64,000 nt of DNA from Escherichia coli (GCF_044324875.1 NZ_CP172187.1), one strand, 5' to 3'; counted from the stretch's first letter, positions 18,447 to 29,320 are shown. Made by a program: numbers and translations. The notes: generated by a model not told the origin, from the letters alone.

Positions 18447-18450
18447 GTAG
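18292..18450 (+). CDS. hok: Hok/FlmA type I toxin (52 aa)
   Basis: Hand translation: [52 protein letters not shown]; too short for the ORF track. Confidence 0.85.
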   Translation: MKLPRSSLVWCVLIVCLTLLIFTYLTRKSLCEIRYRDGHREVAAFMAYESGK

Positions 18451-18719
18451 CAACCTGGAGGCGGGCGCAGGCCCGCCTTTTCAGGACTGATGCTGGTCTG
18501 ACTACTGAAGCGCCTTTATAAAGGGGCTGCTGGTTCGCCGGTAGCCCCTTTCTCCTTGCTGATGTTGTACGGGCATGAACAACCTGACTTCAGGAAGGTC
18601 GTTTCCCTTCAGGAACGGGGATGAACGCGCGCCTGCGGCGCCCGTTCTTTTCCCCCGCCTTCTCTGGTTATGGCCTGTCAGAAATCACATCACCTTCCCT
18701 GTGATTATTCTCTTTTTCT

Positions 18720-19340
18720 TCCTGCTCTGATTCTGACTACTGCAGTGTTGTCCTGTCTGCCGGCGCACCTTCGGCTCCCGGCTGCCTGGCGGCATCCGGT
18801 CGTCAGGCCCGACTCCGACAGGCAGCTGCTGGCGCACCTGCCAGTCTCCGCCGAACCCGCTGGCGCGGTTTCGGGCTGTCGCTACGGTCCGATGCGTGAA
18901 AACCCCGGGCTTGCAGCGACCGTTCCGGTCGCGCCGCCTCTGTCGCGCCGTGGCCTGCGCTCCTGGCATCCCGGCAAAAAGACGCCGGGATGTAAGGCGC
19001 AACGCCGTTTCGCAAACCGCGCTTCACGTCGTTGCTGCGGGTCCCTGCCCGTTGTTGTGTCCGGTGCCATTCACCTGTTTAAGCCCCTGTCGCCGGGGGC
19101 TGATACAGCCACAACCTGCCGCACTGACTGTCCAGGGTAAATGAACAGCCCACAAAATTTTTTACCCAAAACCCGGTAAAAAATTTTGCGTTCTGCCCAG
19201 GACAGGTGCGTCAGGCCGTGGCAGTGATGCCCCATGCGGCGAAGGTTCTCAAACAGGTGATGGTGAATACCGGAGGGAACAAAGAGCAGGTCCCCGCAAA
19301 ACGTCAAAACCGCGGCTCCCGAAACTCAACAGATGATGGG
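18720..19340. repeat. Leading-region repeat family B, copy 3
   Basis: Direct identity with copies 1 and 2; ends about 30 nt upstream of the ATG at 19371. Confidence 0.8.
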
Positions 19341-19370
19341 GGCTGAAAACCAGAGAGAGGAGAAAGCTGG

Positions 19371-19658
19371 ATGAGTACCCGAAATATCCACGTTAACACC
19401 GCGTCGTACACGATTCTTGTTGCCGGGAGGGAAAAAAACACCGGGGAAGAGTGGGACGTCCTGGAATTCAGCAGCCTGACTGAGCTGAAAAAATATCGCA
19501 AAAGCCACCCGGAAAAGATGGCCTTCAGCTATAGCTACGCGCTCAGCCGGGGTGTGGATACGCAGTTCCGCCATATCAACATTGCGGAAGCCGATCACTT
19601 CAAACAGTTCCTGCGTCAGATTAAGCGTGCCGGCCTCGATATCCGGGCGATCTGCTGA
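19371..19658 (+). CDS. Hypothetical protein (95 aa) downstream of repeat B copy 3
   Basis: ORF with RBS GGAGAAAG. Confidence 0.5.
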   Translation: MSTRNIHVNTASYTILVAGREKNTGEEWDVLEFSSLTELKKYRKSHPEKMAFSYSYALSRGVDTQFRHINIAEADHFKQFLRQIKRAGLDIRAIC

Positions 19659-19776
19659 CCGGATGTGATGAATATCCCTCCTGATTGTTGCAATCTTGTT
19701 AATGGAGATCGGGAGAGATGATATTAAGCGGAAAAATTTTTTATTAAATTTATTCTTTCATAAAGGAGTAGCTGTT

Positions 19777-20598
19777 ATGCGATTAGCTTCCCGTTTTGGT
19801 CGGTATAATTCCATCCGTCGTGAACGTCCTTTAACGGATGATGAATTAATGCAGTTCGTGCCTTCGGTATTTTCCGGTGATAAACATGAGTCCCGGAGTG
19901 AACGTTATACGTATATTCCAACAATCAATATCATCAATAAGTTACGTGATGAAGGTTTCCAGCCATTCTTTGCCTGTCAGAGTCGGGTTCGTGATTTGGG
20001 ACGCCGCGAATACAGTAAACATATGTTACGTCTTCGCAGGGAAGGGCATATTAACGGGCAGGAAGTTCCTGAAATTATCCTGCTTAATTCACATGATGGT
20101 TCATCCAGTTATCAGATGATCCCCGGAATTTTTCGTTTTGTCTGCACAAATGGCCTGGTGTGCGGAAATAATTTTGGCGAAATCCGTGTTCCACATAAAG
20201 GTGATATTGTCGGGCAGGTTATCGAGGGAGCGTATGAAGTGCTCGGTGTCTTTGATAAGGTCACTGATAATATGGAGGCGATGAAAGAAATTCATCTTAA
20301 CAGTGACGAGCAACATTTATTTGGCAGAGCTGCACTGATGGTCAGGTATGAAGATGAAAATAAAACGCCAGTGACACCTGAACAGATAATTACTCCCCGT
20401 CGTCGGGAAGATAAACAGAACGATCTCTGGACAACCTGGCAGCGGGTTCAGGAGAATATGATAAAAGGTGGATTATCGGGGCGAAGTGCCTCCGGGAAAA
20501 ATACCAGGACAAGAGCCATTACAGGTATTGATGGTGATATAAGAATCAACAAGGCGTTATGGGTGATTGCCGAACAGTTCAGAAAGTGGAAGTCATGA
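19777..20598 (+). CDS. Conserved leading-region protein (273 aa), possibly DUF932/YubP-like
   Basis: ORF-track frame 19696..20598; ATG at 19777 preceded by AAGGAG. Family assignment is from memory and uncertain. Confidence 0.5.
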   Translation: MRLASRFGRYNSIRRERPLTDDELMQFVPSVFSGDKHESRSERYTYIPTINIINKLRDEGFQPFFACQSRVRDLGRREYSKHMLRLRREGHINGQEVPEIILLNSHDGSSSYQMIPGIFRFVCTNGLVCGNNFGEIRVPHKGDIVGQVIEGAYEVLGVFDKVTDNMEAMKEIHLNSDEQHLFGRAALMVRYEDENKTPVTPEQIITPRRREDKQNDLWTTWQRVQENMIKGGLSGRSASGKNTRTRAITGIDGDIRINKALWVIAEQFRKWKS

Positions 20599-20603
20599 TA
20601 ATA

Positions 20604-20641
20604 TAAGTAAAGCCCCGAAAAAATTTTCGGGGCTTTACTTA
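20604..20641. terminator. Bidirectional hairpin terminator between the leading-region genes and gene X
   Basis: Perfect inverted repeat TAAGTAAAGCCCCGAAAA / TTTTCGGGGCTTTACTTA flanked by A/T runs. Confidence 0.6.
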
Positions 20642-20894
20642 TATTATCATTTTTCGGCATTGCTGTGTCGTCTGATATACCTCAATTTCATCGACCGGCT
20701 TTCCGGTTGTCTGTAAATATTGTGCCCGCGAAAAATGGTCTGGCAGGAGGCTGCGCAGTTACCGGGTATATATAAGATGGGTTCCCGCTTCGCGGGGCTT
20801 CGGCCAGTCAGTATTGTCACTCATATGATATTTTTGTGTGTGGCCTTCCATGCCGCTTTTGCGGCATAACCGGTATCTGACAATGTCTGTAAGA

Positions 20895-21404
20895 TTAATT
20901 GTTCTGCACGCTGTTAATTTCCGGAAGTGATTTCTTCGTGGCCGGAAGCCGGATACCTTTACTGCTTTTTATCCCGGTATAAATCCGGTAAACCTCTGAT
21001 GCGTAGGCAAGACGTCTCTGGTTCTGGCGTTCGGATTTCCTGAATCCTGCATTGTATGCACCAACGGCCTCCCAGGTGACGCCCCATTTTTTAAATGCTA
21101 TTGCCAGATAATAAGCACCGGTATAAATGTTCATGCAGGGATCTGTTGTCAGATGTTCTGGCTTAATTCCGTAGCGGGCCAGTTCGTTAAAATGCTGGGA
21201 ATCTACCTGCATCAGTCCGCTGCCATATCCCGTTACCGGATTAATACCGATGGCATTAACCCGGTAACGGGATTCTTTCCATGATATTGCTCTCAGTAAA
21301 TCAGGATCTATTTTGTAATCCCGGCCTGCAAGATCAAAGCAATCAGTGGCATGGCAGATCTCATTTATAAACATCAGGCAGATGGCTAACATCCATTTTT
21401 TCAT
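20895..21404 (-). CDS. Gene X / orf169-type lytic transglycosylase
   Basis: ORF-track frame 20895..21497; internal start [12 protein letters not shown] gives a 169-aa signal-peptide protein with a lytic transglycosylase-like region; adjacent to oriT as in F-like plasmids. Confidence 0.8.
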   Translation of the reverse strand: MKKWMLAICLMFINEICHATDCFDLAGRDYKIDPDLLRAISWKESRYRVNAIGINPVTGYGSGLMQVDSQHFNELARYGIKPEHLTTDPCMNIYTGAYYLAIAFKKWGVTWEAVGAYNAGFRKSERQNQRRLAYASEVYRIYTGIKSSKGIRLPATKKSLPEINSVQNN

Positions 21405-21469
21405 TTTTCCACCTCTGGTGACTTTATCCGTAAATAATTTAACCCACTCCACAAAAAGGCTCAACAGGT

Positions 21470-21830
21470 TGGTGGTTCTCACCACCAAAAGCACCACACA
21501 CTACGCAAAAACAAGTTTTTGCTGATTTGCCACTTGAATCATTAACTTATGTTTTAAATAATGTATTTTAATTTATTTTACATTATAAAAAGGATTCATT
21601 GGTGAATCGCATATGATTCACCAATGAATTTAACACAACTCATAGATGAATCAGTAATAATAAAACAACGAGTTAAAGCGAATTGACTCTAGATTCAATT
21701 CGTGATGTGATTTGCTGCATGAATCGTAATTTTCGTAACTTGCGTCACGATTCGATTCATCGATGAATTGTCATTTTTTTATATGTGAAATAAATTTGAT
21801 GCGATAAGAAAATAAAGAGGTATACATATG
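21470..21830. other. oriT region; predicted nic site on the minus strand at about 21495/21496
   Basis: Minus strand reads ...TTTTTGCGTAGTGTGT|GGTGCTTTTGGTGGTGAG, the F-like nic consensus as I recall it; AT-rich with multiple inverted repeats (e.g. 21590-21630, 21690-21770) in the expected TraM/IHF/TraY binding zone upstream of traM. Confidence 0.7.
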
Positions 21831-22211
21831 GCGAAAGTGCAGGCTTATGTCAGTGACGAAATTGTCTATAAAATAAATAAAATTGTGGAAAGAAGACGTG
21901 CAGAAGGAGCTAAAAGTACAGATGTAAGTTTCTCAAGCATATCCACTATGCTTCTCGAATTAGGGCTTCGTGTATATGAGGCTCAGATGGAGCGTAAAGA
22001 GTCAGCGTTCAATCAGGCTGAGTTTAATAAGGTGCTTCTTGAATGTGCGGTAAAAACACAGTCAACAGTTGCTAAGATTTTAGGTATTGAGTCACTAAGC
22101 CCTCATGTTTCCGGGAATCCAAAGTTTGAATATGCGAATATGGTCGAAGATATCAGGGAGAAGGTGTCATCTGAGATGGAGAGGTTCTTTCCAGAAAATG
22201 ATGAGGATTAA
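21828..22211 (+). CDS. traM: TraM, relaxosome accessory protein
   Basis: 127 aa beginning MAKVQAYVSDEIVYKINKIVERRR. Confidence 0.9.
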   Translation: MAKVQAYVSDEIVYKINKIVERRRAEGAKSTDVSFSSISTMLLELGLRVYEAQMERKESAFNQAEFNKVLLECAVKTQSTVAKILGIESLSPHVSGNPKFEYANMVEDIREKVSSEMERFFPENDED

Positions 22212-22334
22212 AAAAGAATTAAAAGTTGATTTGCTTCAAATAACAGGATTTTGATCTGGTTCAATTTGATGACAATTAACCGCATAAAGGTTATATTAAT
22301 TACGTGGTTAATGCCACGTTAAAAATTGAAACTG

Positions 22335-22415
22335 AAAATCGCCGATGCAGGGAGTTCAGACCTCCCTGCATCGACTGTCCATAGAATCCTTAACGGAGGT
22401 TCCTATGTGTGCGCT
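22335..22415 (-). ncRNA. finP: FinP antisense RNA (approximate)
   Basis: Two stem-loops in the traJ leader: hairpin 22341-22378 and a second hairpin at about 22381-22410 whose loop holds the traJ Shine-Dalgarno (AACGGAGG) and whose stem holds the start codon. Confidence 0.5.
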
Positions 22416-23091
22416 GGATCGTAGAGAAAGGCCACTTAACAGTCAATCTGTAAATAAATACATCCTTAACGTTCAGAATATCTACAGAAATTCTCCCGTT
22501 CCGGTTTGTGTCCGTAACAAAAACCGGAAAATCCTTTATGCCAATGGGGCTTTTATTGAACTCTTTTCCAGAGAAGATAAACCCTTATCCGGAGAGAGTT
22601 ATATACGTCTGCAGGTTGAAATTTTTCTTTCATCACTTGAACTGGAATGCCAGGCTCTTGGACATGGCTCTGCATTTTGTCGTCGTTTTAATTTTCATGG
22701 CGAAATCTATCAGATAAGGATGGAGAATGTTTCTTTTTATAATGACGAATCTGTTGTTTTATGGCAAATTAATCCGTTTCCTGATTATCCATTTTTTGCG
22801 TTAAATCAGAGTGGAAGTAATACAAATACTTCTGATAAATTAACGATATGGAATGATCTTTCTCCAGGGACATTGGTTGTTTTCTCTTTTTATATGCTGG
22901 GTGTTGGTCACGCAACAATTGCCAGAGAGTTGGGTATTACAGACAGAGCATCTGAGGATCGAATTAAACCAGTTAAACGGAAAATAAAAGAATTTTTTGA
23001 ACACTTTGATTTATTCAGAGTGTCATGTATCTATAAAGGAGAAATAGATTCGCTATTAAGTATAATTCGTGAATTTTATAGTATTAAGTAA
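22405..23091 (+). CDS. traJ: TraJ, tra operon activator
   Basis: ORF-track frame 22345..23091; ATG at 22405 follows GGAGG and gives an [10 protein letters not shown]... start. Confidence 0.8.
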   Translation: MCALDRRERPLNSQSVNKYILNVQNIYRNSPVPVCVRNKNRKILYANGAFIELFSREDKPLSGESYIRLQVEIFLSSLELECQALGHGSAFCRRFNFHGEIYQIRMENVSFYNDESVVLWQINPFPDYPFFALNQSGSNTNTSDKLTIWNDLSPGTLVVFSFYMLGVGHATIARELGITDRASEDRIKPVKRKIKEFFEHFDLFRVSCIYKGEIDSLLSIIREFYSIK

Positions 23092-23102
23092 ATGTTAAAT
23101 AA

Positions 23103-23130
23103 GGCACGCCAATTTTGGCGTGTTTTTTTT
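23103..23130 (+). terminator. Rho-independent terminator after traJ
   Basis: Hairpin CACGCCAA/TTGGCGTG followed by T8. Confidence 0.7.
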
Positions 23131-23184
23131 CGTCGGTTTCTGTGCAATCATGATTTTATTAGTCAGGAAACAGAGGTGAATTGA

Positions 23185-23412
23185 GTGAGGAGGCGTAACG
23201 CGAGAGGCGGGATAAGCAGAACAGTCTCAGTGTATCTCGATGAAGATACAAATAACCGACTTATTCGGGCCAAAGATCGTAGCGGTAGAAGTAAAACTAT
23301 AGAGGTTCAGATCCGTCTCAGAGATCATCTGAAACGGTTTCCTGATTTCTATAATGAAGAAATATTCAGGGAGGTGATCGAAGAGAACGAGTCAACATTT
23401 AAAGAACTTTAG
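23185..23412 (+). CDS. traY: TraY, relaxosome accessory protein (short R100-type)
   Basis: 75-aa ORF with a non-ATG start, in the canonical position. Confidence 0.75.
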   Translation: MRRRNARGGISRTVSVYLDEDTNNRLIRAKDRSGRSKTIEVQIRLRDHLKRFPDFYNEEIFREVIEENESTFKEL

Positions 23413-23445
23413 TTTTTATCTATCAATATTAAACAGAGGAATCAT

Positions 23446-23805
23446 ATGAATACTGTTTTAAGTGTTCAGGGTGCTTCTGCGCCTGTTGAAAAGAAATCGT
23501 TTTTTTCTAAATTCACTCGTCTGAATATGCTTCGCCTGGTTCGCGCAGTGATCCCGGTTGCTGTTCTGATGATGTTCTTCCCGCAACTGGCAATGGCAGC
23601 ACAGGGCCAGGACCTGATGCAGAGTGGTAACTCCACGGTTAAGGCGACCTTCGGTAAGGACTCCAGTGTTGTTAAATGGGTTGTTCTGGCTGAAGTTCTG
23701 GTCGGTGCTGTCATGTACATGATGACCAAAAACGTCAAGTTCCTGGCCGGTTTTGCCATCATCTCTGTATTTATTGCTGTGGGTATGGCCGTCGTTGGCC
23801 TCTGA
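23446..23805 (+). CDS. traA: TraA propilin
   Basis: 119 aa; long leader then hydrophobic pilin core. Confidence 0.9.
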   Translation: MNTVLSVQGASAPVEKKSFFSKFTRLNMLRLVRAVIPVAVLMMFFPQLAMAAQGQDLMQSGNSTVKATFGKDSSVVKWVVLAEVLVGAVMYMMTKNVKFLAGFAIISVFIAVGMAVVGL

Positions 23806-23819
23806 CAGGAAATAAAACG

Positions 23820-24131
23820 ATGTCGGGAGACGAGAATAAACTTAAGAAATATCGTTTCCCGGAAACACTGACCAACCAGAGCCGCTGGTTTGGCCTGCCA
23901 CTGGATGAACTGATCCCCGCAGCAATCTGTGTTGGCTGGGGTATCACAACATCGAAATATCTGTTCGGTATTGGTGCAGCTGTTCTGGTTTATTTCGGGA
24001 TTAAAAAACTGAAAAAAGGGCGGGGCAGTTCCTGGTTACGTGACCTGATTTACTGGTATATGCCAACAGCCCTGCTGCGCGGTATTTTTCATAATGTTCC
24101 CGATTCGTGTTTCCGGCAGTGGATTAAATAG
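23820..24131 (+). CDS. traL: TraL
   Basis: Small membrane protein in canonical position. Confidence 0.85.
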   Translation: MSGDENKLKKYRFPETLTNQSRWFGLPLDELIPAAICVGWGITTSKYLFGIGAAVLVYFGIKKLKKGRGSSWLRDLIYWYMPTALLRGIFHNVPDSCFRQWIK

Positions 24132-24152
24132 AACTGATATCAGGATTGTTAT

Positions 24153-24719
24153 ATGGAACACGGTGCCCGTTTAAGTACCAGTCGTGTAATGGCCATCGCC
24201 TTTATATTTATGTCAGTGCTTATTGTTCTCAGCCTCTCTGTTAACGTCATTCAGGGGGTGAATAACTACCGCCTTCAGAATGAGCAACGCACTGCCGTGA
24301 CGCCAATGGCATTTAATGCCCCCTTTGCCGTGTCACAGAACAGTGCCGACGCCTCTTATTTACAGCAGATGGCGCTGTCATTTATTGCCCTCCGTCTGAA
24401 TGTTTCATCAGAAACCGTCGATGCCTCACATCAGGCGCTTCTGCAATATATCCGCCCGGGCGCACAGAACCAGATGAAAGTTATTCTGGCTGAAGAAGCG
24501 AAGCGTATTAAAAACGATAACGTGAACTCAGCCTTTTTCCAGACCAGTGTTCGTGTCTGGCCTCAGTATGGCCGTGTGGAAATTCGTGGTGTGCTTAAAA
24601 CCTGGATTGGTGATTCAAAACCTTTCACTGATATCAAACATTACATCCTTATTCTGAAGCGGGAAAACGGGGTGACCTGGCTGGATAATTTCGGGGAAAC
24701 AGACGATGAGAAAAAATAA
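24153..24719 (+). CDS. traE: TraE
   Basis: 188 aa, N-terminal transmembrane segment; canonical position. Confidence 0.85.
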   Translation: MEHGARLSTSRVMAIAFIFMSVLIVLSLSVNVIQGVNNYRLQNEQRTAVTPMAFNAPFAVSQNSADASYLQQMALSFIALRLNVSSETVDASHQALLQYIRPGAQNQMKVILAEEAKRIKNDNVNSAFFQTSVRVWPQYGRVEIRGVLKTWIGDSKPFTDIKHYILILKRENGVTWLDNFGETDDEKK

Positions 24720-25434
24720 TACGGCAATAATATTCGGCGGCCTGTTTTTTTCCTGCAGCGTGATGGCCGCAAACGGTACGCTGGCCCCCACTGTGGTGCC
24801 AATGGTGAACGGTGGTCAGGCCAGTATTGCCATCAGCAATACCAGCCCGAATCTGTTTACCGTTCCCGGTGACCGGATTATCGCCGTGAACAGTCTGGAT
24901 GGTGCCCTGACCAATAATGAGCAGACCTCCTCCGGCGGTGTGGTGGTGGCCACCGTCAACAAAAAGCCCTTTACGTTCATTCTGGAAACAGAACGTGGTC
25001 TGAATCTTTCCATTCAGGCCGTTCCCCGTGAAGGCGCGGGGCGTACCATTCAGCTGGTCAGTGACCTGCGCGGAACCGGAGAAGAAGCCGGTGCGTGGGA
25101 AACGTCCACGCCTTACGAATCCCTGCTTGTGACCATCAGCCAGGCTGTCCGTGGCGGAAAATTACCTGCAGGCTGGTATCAGGTTCCTGTGACAAAGGAA
25201 ACCCTGCAGGCCCCGGCGGGGCTGTCTTCAGTGGCAGATGCCGTATGGACGGGGAATCACCTGAAGATGGTCCGCTTTACCGTGGAAAATAAAACGCTGT
25301 CTGCCCTGAATATCCGGGAAAGTGATTTCTGGCAGCCGGGAACCCGTGCCGTGATGTTCAGCCAGCCTGCCAGCCAGTTACTGGCAGGTGCGCGCATGGA
25401 TGTGTATGTCATCCGTGACGGGGAGGGCAACTGA
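24706..25434 (+). CDS. traK: TraK
   Basis: 242 aa; canonical position. Confidence 0.85.
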   Translation: MRKNNTAIIFGGLFFSCSVMAANGTLAPTVVPMVNGGQASIAISNTSPNLFTVPGDRIIAVNSLDGALTNNEQTSSGGVVVATVNKKPFTFILETERGLNLSIQAVPREGAGRTIQLVSDLRGTGEEAGAWETSTPYESLLVTISQAVRGGKLPAGWYQVPVTKETLQAPAGLSSVADAVWTGNHLKMVRFTVENKTLSALNIRESDFWQPGTRAVMFSQPASQLLAGARMDVYVIRDGEGN

Positions 25435-26861
25435 TGGCCAGTATCAACACCATTGTGAAACGCAAGCAGTACCTGTGGCTGGGGATTGTGGTTGTCGGTG
25501 CAGCCTCCGCGATTGGTGGGGCACTGTATCTGTCTGATGTGGACATGTCCGGTAACGGTGAGGCGGTGGCTGAACAGGAGCCTGTACCGGATATGACCGG
25601 TGTGGTGGATACGACCTTTGATGACAAGGTGCGTCAGCATGCCACCACAGAGATGCAGGTGACGGCAGCGCAGATGCAGAAGCAGTATGAGGAAATCCGT
25701 CGTGAGCTGGATGTCCTGAACAAACAGCGCGGTGATGACCAGCGTCGTATTGAAAAGCTGGGACAGGATAATGCTGCCCTGGCAGAGCAGGTAAAAGCCC
25801 TGGGTGCAAATCCCGTCACCGCGACCGGTGAGCCAGTACCGCAGACGCCAGCCTCACCGCCCGGCCCGGAAGGCGAACCACAGCCAGGAAACACACCCGT
25901 ATCTTTCCCGCCGCAGGGCAGCGTTGCTGTTCCACCGCCGACGGCGTTTTATCCCGGGAATGGTGTCACGCCACCACCACAGGTGACGTACCAGTCTGTG
26001 CCGGTGCCTAACCGGATACAGCGTAAGGTGTTTACCCGTAATGAGGGAAAACAGGGACCATCACTGCCGTACATTCCGTCAGGAAGTTTTGCGAAAGCCA
26101 TGCTGATTGAAGGGGCGGATGCCAATGCCTCTGTCACCGGTAATGAATCCACGGTGCCGATGCAGCTGCGTATCACCGGCCTGGTGGAAATGCCGAACAG
26201 CAAGACGTATGACGCAACGGGATGTTTTGTGGGTCTGGAAGCCTGGGGGGATGTGTCCAGTGAGCGTGCCATTGTACGCACCCGCAATATCAGCTGCCTG
26301 AAGGACGGCAAAACTATTGATATGCCGATTAAGGGGCATGTCAGCTTCCGGGGTAAAAACGGTATCAAGGGCGAAGTGGTGATGCGTAACGGCAAAATCC
26401 TCGGCTGGGCATGGGGCGCGGGATTTGTTGACGGTATCGGTCAGGGAATGGAGCGTGCCTCCCAGCCGGCTGTCGGGCTGGGTGCCACCGCTGCTTACGG
26501 GGCCGGCGATGTCCTTAAAATGGGTATCGGTGGCGGCGCATCGAAAGCCGCACAGACGCTCAGTGACTACTACATCAAACGTGCCGAACAGTATCACCCG
26601 GTGATACCGATTGGTGCGGGCAACGAAGTGACCGTGGTGTTCCAGGACGGCTTCCAGCTGAAAACCGTGGAAGAGATGGCGCTGGAACGCACGCAGAGCA
26701 GAGCTGAAGAAGACAATCCGGAAAGTCCGGTTCCTGTTCCGCCATCGGCTGAAAGTCATCTTAACGGCTTTAATACTGACCAGATGCTGAAGCAGCTGGG
26801 CAACCTGAATCCGCAGCAGTTTATGTCCGGCAGCCAGGGAGGGGGCAACGATGGCAAATAA
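25434..26861 (+). CDS. traB: TraB
   Basis: 475 aa with N-terminal TM segment, coiled coil and Pro-rich linker. Confidence 0.85.
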   Translation: MASINTIVKRKQYLWLGIVVVGAASAIGGALYLSDVDMSGNGEAVAEQEPVPDMTGVVDTTFDDKVRQHATTEMQVTAAQMQKQYEEIRRELDVLNKQRGDDQRRIEKLGQDNAALAEQVKALGANPVTATGEPVPQTPASPPGPEGEPQPGNTPVSFPPQGSVAVPPPTAFYPGNGVTPPPQVTYQSVPVPNRIQRKVFTRNEGKQGPSLPYIPSGSFAKAMLIEGADANASVTGNESTVPMQLRITGLVEMPNSKTYDATGCFVGLEAWGDVSSERAIVRTRNISCLKDGKTIDMPIKGHVSFRGKNGIKGEVVMRNGKILGWAWGAGFVDGIGQGMERASQPAVGLGATAAYGAGDVLKMGIGGGASKAAQTLSDYYIKRAEQYHPVIPIGAGNEVTVVFQDGFQLKTVEEMALERTQSRAEEDNPESPVPVPPSAESHLNGFNTDQMLKQLGNLNPQQFMSGSQGGGNDGK

Positions 26862-27435
26862 TATGTCACTCCGTCAGATATGCCATGCCACCCGGTATGT
26901 TGTTGTCCGGGGCCTGTGTTGGTTGTTCTGGTGTCTGAAATACGCCGTCATTCTGCCACTGGCCACAATGGCCCTGATGGCTCTGTTTGTTTTATGGAAG
27001 GACAACACCACACCGGGAAAATTACTGGTTCAGGAAATTGACTTCGTAAGACAAACAGCCCCTGCCGGGCAGTTTCCTGTAAGAGAATGTTTGCCTTCTC
27101 TGCATGATCTTCCAGGAGCAGAAGAGAAAATCTGCCGTTACCGTGCTGCTGATGCTGCAGATTATGTCAGGGAGACTGACCGGTCACTGATGCAACTGGT
27201 CACCGCATTCTGGGCAACGCTGGCACTTATGTATATGTCGTTTGCGGCAGGCACCGGGAAATATCCGGTGCGACCCGGAAAAATGAAATGTGTCCGTGTG
27301 GCAACAGCAGATGAGCGTCTGAAGGAAGTTCTTGCAGAAGACACTTCCCTGCCGGGAAAAATCAGGGAATGCCATGTTTATTTCCCTGATGACAGAACAA
27401 TCAGAAACAACGGAGATAAAAATGAACATGCGTAA
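26851..27435 (+). CDS. traP: TraP
   Basis: 194-aa membrane protein in canonical position. Confidence 0.75.
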   Translation: MANNMSLRQICHATRYVVVRGLCWLFWCLKYAVILPLATMALMALFVLWKDNTTPGKLLVQEIDFVRQTAPAGQFPVRECLPSLHDLPGAEEKICRYRAADAADYVRETDRSLMQLVTAFWATLALMYMSFAAGTGKYPVRPGKMKCVRVATADERLKEVLAEDTSLPGKIRECHVYFPDDRTIRNNGDKNEHA

Positions 27436-27742
27436 TATTAATGTTATTACTGCCCGCTCTGTACCGGATAAAAGCGTATCAGATGATTTTATGCATGCTG
27501 TTCTCAGTAACTGCACCACAAGAATCGTACTTCCTGCACCGAAGGAATTCAGTTCTGAATCATTGCCGCACAATTTTAATATGGCTGCTGTCGGTGTGAT
27601 GAAGAAGGGTATGTCGATGAGCTTATTTTCTTCTCCGGGGCATATTGTGGTTGCCGGACAATCCGGTGGCGGAAAATCTGTTCCGGTGAAAGAACTAATC
27701 GACAGAATTATTCAGAAATATAAGGAACCCTTCGATGAATAA
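27422..27742 (+). CDS. trbD: TrbD (start uncertain)
   Basis: ORF-track frame 27332..27742; ATG at 27422 overlaps the traP stop; contains a P-loop-like GQSGGGKS. Confidence 0.55.
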   Translation: MNMRNINVITARSVPDKSVSDDFMHAVLSNCTTRIVLPAPKEFSSESLPHNFNMAAVGVMKKGMSMSLFSSPGHIVVAGQSGGGKSVPVKELIDRIIQKYKEPFDE

Positions 27743-27986
27743 GCTGGTTTCTGATGGCAGCGTCAAAAAAATAAATTATCCGGTGCTGTATGAATCCGGA
27801 ATAACACCTCCGTTATGTGAAGTCAGTGCGCCAGAACCTGATGCGGGGGGGAAACGCATTGTGGCATATGTTTATAAATCATCACGGAATACGGTTTTTG
27901 AAAATCCTGACATTGTAAAAACCTGTACGGTCAGGGATTTGAAGAATGATTTTGTGAACTGCGATGAGAAAGGTGAGGGACAATGA
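27735..27986 (+). CDS. trbG: TrbG
   Basis: 83 aa; canonical position. Confidence 0.75.
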   Translation: MNKLVSDGSVKKINYPVLYESGITPPLCEVSAPEPDAGGKRIVAYVYKSSRNTVFENPDIVKTCTVRDLKNDFVNCDEKGEGQ

Positions 27987-28498
27987 AACAGATTTCTTTA
28001 TTTATTCCTCTGCTGGGGACCTTATTACTTTCCGGCTGTGCCGGAACCAGTACGGAATTTGAGTGTAACGCCACCACATCCGATACCTGTATGACGATGG
28101 AGCAGGCCAATGAGAAGGCCAAAAAACTGGAGCAGTCCTCAGAAGCAAAGCCGGTTGCGGCATCACTGCCGCGCCTGGCTGAAGGGAACTTCCGGACAAT
28201 GCCGGTGCAGACCATTACCGCGACCACTCCGTCCGGCAGCAGACCTGCGGTGACAGCACATCCGGAGCAGAAACTGCTGGCACCACGCCCGCTGTTTACC
28301 GCTGCCCGGGAAGTGAAAACGGTTGTTCCGGTCAGTTCAGTTACGCCGGTAACACCTCCTCGTCCGCTAAGAACGGGTGAGCAGACGGCAGCATTATGGA
28401 TAGCGCCTTATATTGATAACCAGGATGTTTATCATCAGCCATCCAGCGTGTTTTTTGTTATTAAACCGTCTGCGTGGGGAAAGCCACGTATTAATTAA
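27983..28498 (+). CDS. traV: TraV lipoprotein
   Basis: 171 aa with lipobox LLLSGCAG. Confidence 0.85.
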   Translation: MKQISLFIPLLGTLLLSGCAGTSTEFECNATTSDTCMTMEQANEKAKKLEQSSEAKPVAASLPRLAEGNFRTMPVQTITATTPSGSRPAVTAHPEQKLLAPRPLFTAAREVKTVVPVSSVTPVTPPRPLRTGEQTAALWIAPYIDNQDVYHQPSSVFFVIKPSAWGKPRIN

Positions 28499-28632
28499 CT
28501 GGCCCTGAAGTTGTATATCAGCCGGCAATGTCGGCGGGCTTTCTGTATTCAAAATCTGCCTGTAAAACGAGTGCCCTGTGCGTGAAAAGGGATGGGCGGT
28601 AGCGTGTCAGAACATGTCGGGAGGAATATTCC

Positions 28633-28854
28633 GTGAGTGATGAAGCCGATGAAGCATATTCAGTGACAGAACAACTGACCATGACAGGAATAAACCTGAT
28701 ACGCCAGAAAATAAATGCTCATGGTATTCCTGTTTATCTCTGTGAAGCATGCGGAAATCCTATTCCGGAAGCCCGGCGGAAAATATTTCCCGGTGTGACG
28801 TTGTGCGTTGAATGTCAGGCGTATCAGGAAAGGCAGAGGAAACACTATGCATAA
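28633..28854 (+). CDS. traR: TraR (DksA/TraR-family zinc finger)
   Basis: 73 aa with CEACGNPIPEARRKIFPGVTLCVECQ. Confidence 0.85.
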   Translation: MSDEADEAYSVTEQLTMTGINLIRQKINAHGIPVYLCEACGNPIPEARRKIFPGVTLCVECQAYQERQRKHYA

Positions 28855-29320
28855 ATCAGAAGCTGAAAAAATAGATTCTATTCTGGATGAACATCAACAG
28901 ATATATCGCAGACATAACCGAATAGATAACATCCTGGCGTTTTGTGCGTGTATTGCATGGGTTCCCTGTATTATTGCTGCGTTCGGCGTTGATGGTATAT
29001 ATCTGAAAATACTGTTTGCGGTCCTTGCCTGCTGTGGTGCGGTATGCTTTTTTATTTTCTTCTTCACCCTCCTGCCGGAATCACTCATGGTCCTCAGCCG
29101 TCAGAGCCTGCTTCAGCTTATGCGTCTGACTGAAGACGTACCGGATGCGAGACAGGAACTGCTTAACCGTCTGCTGTCCGGTAAAAAACTGACTGGTCGG
29201 GATGAACAGGATATCCGGCGTCTCTGGCAGGAGAAAGTGGATGCAATGCAGGAGTCTGCCACCCGTCAGCGTGAACAGGATACTATTCGGAAGTTTACTG
29301 AAGGGAATAAATCCGAATGA
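28847..29320 (+). CDS. Hypothetical membrane protein, accessory ORF between traR and traC
   Basis: ORF-track frame 28808..29320; ATG at 28847 overlaps the traR stop; two predicted TM helices. Confidence 0.5.
   Translation: MHKSEAEKIDSILDEHQQIYRRHNRIDNILAFCACIAWVPCIIAAFGVDGIYLKILFAVLACCGAVCFFIFFFTLLPESLMVLSRQSLLQLMRLTEDVPDARQELLNRLLSGKKLTGRDEQDIRRLWQEKVDAMQESATRQREQDTIRKFTEGNKSE

Noticed and set aside
18670-19144. Several ORFs on both strands inside repeat B copies (e.g. 18670..19140, 10675..11007, 7316..7582)
   Set aside because: They fall inside GC-rich repeats read here as regulatory; the same sequence gives different ORFs in different copies, which argues against coding.
22345-22404. Upstream start for traJ at 22345 (ORF-track start)
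   Set aside because: It would place the start inside the first FinP-target hairpin without an RBS. The ATG at 22405 has a GGAGG Shine-Dalgarno in the loop of the second hairpin.
26079-26759. 226-aa minus-strand ORF inside traB
   Set aside because: Antisense to traB.
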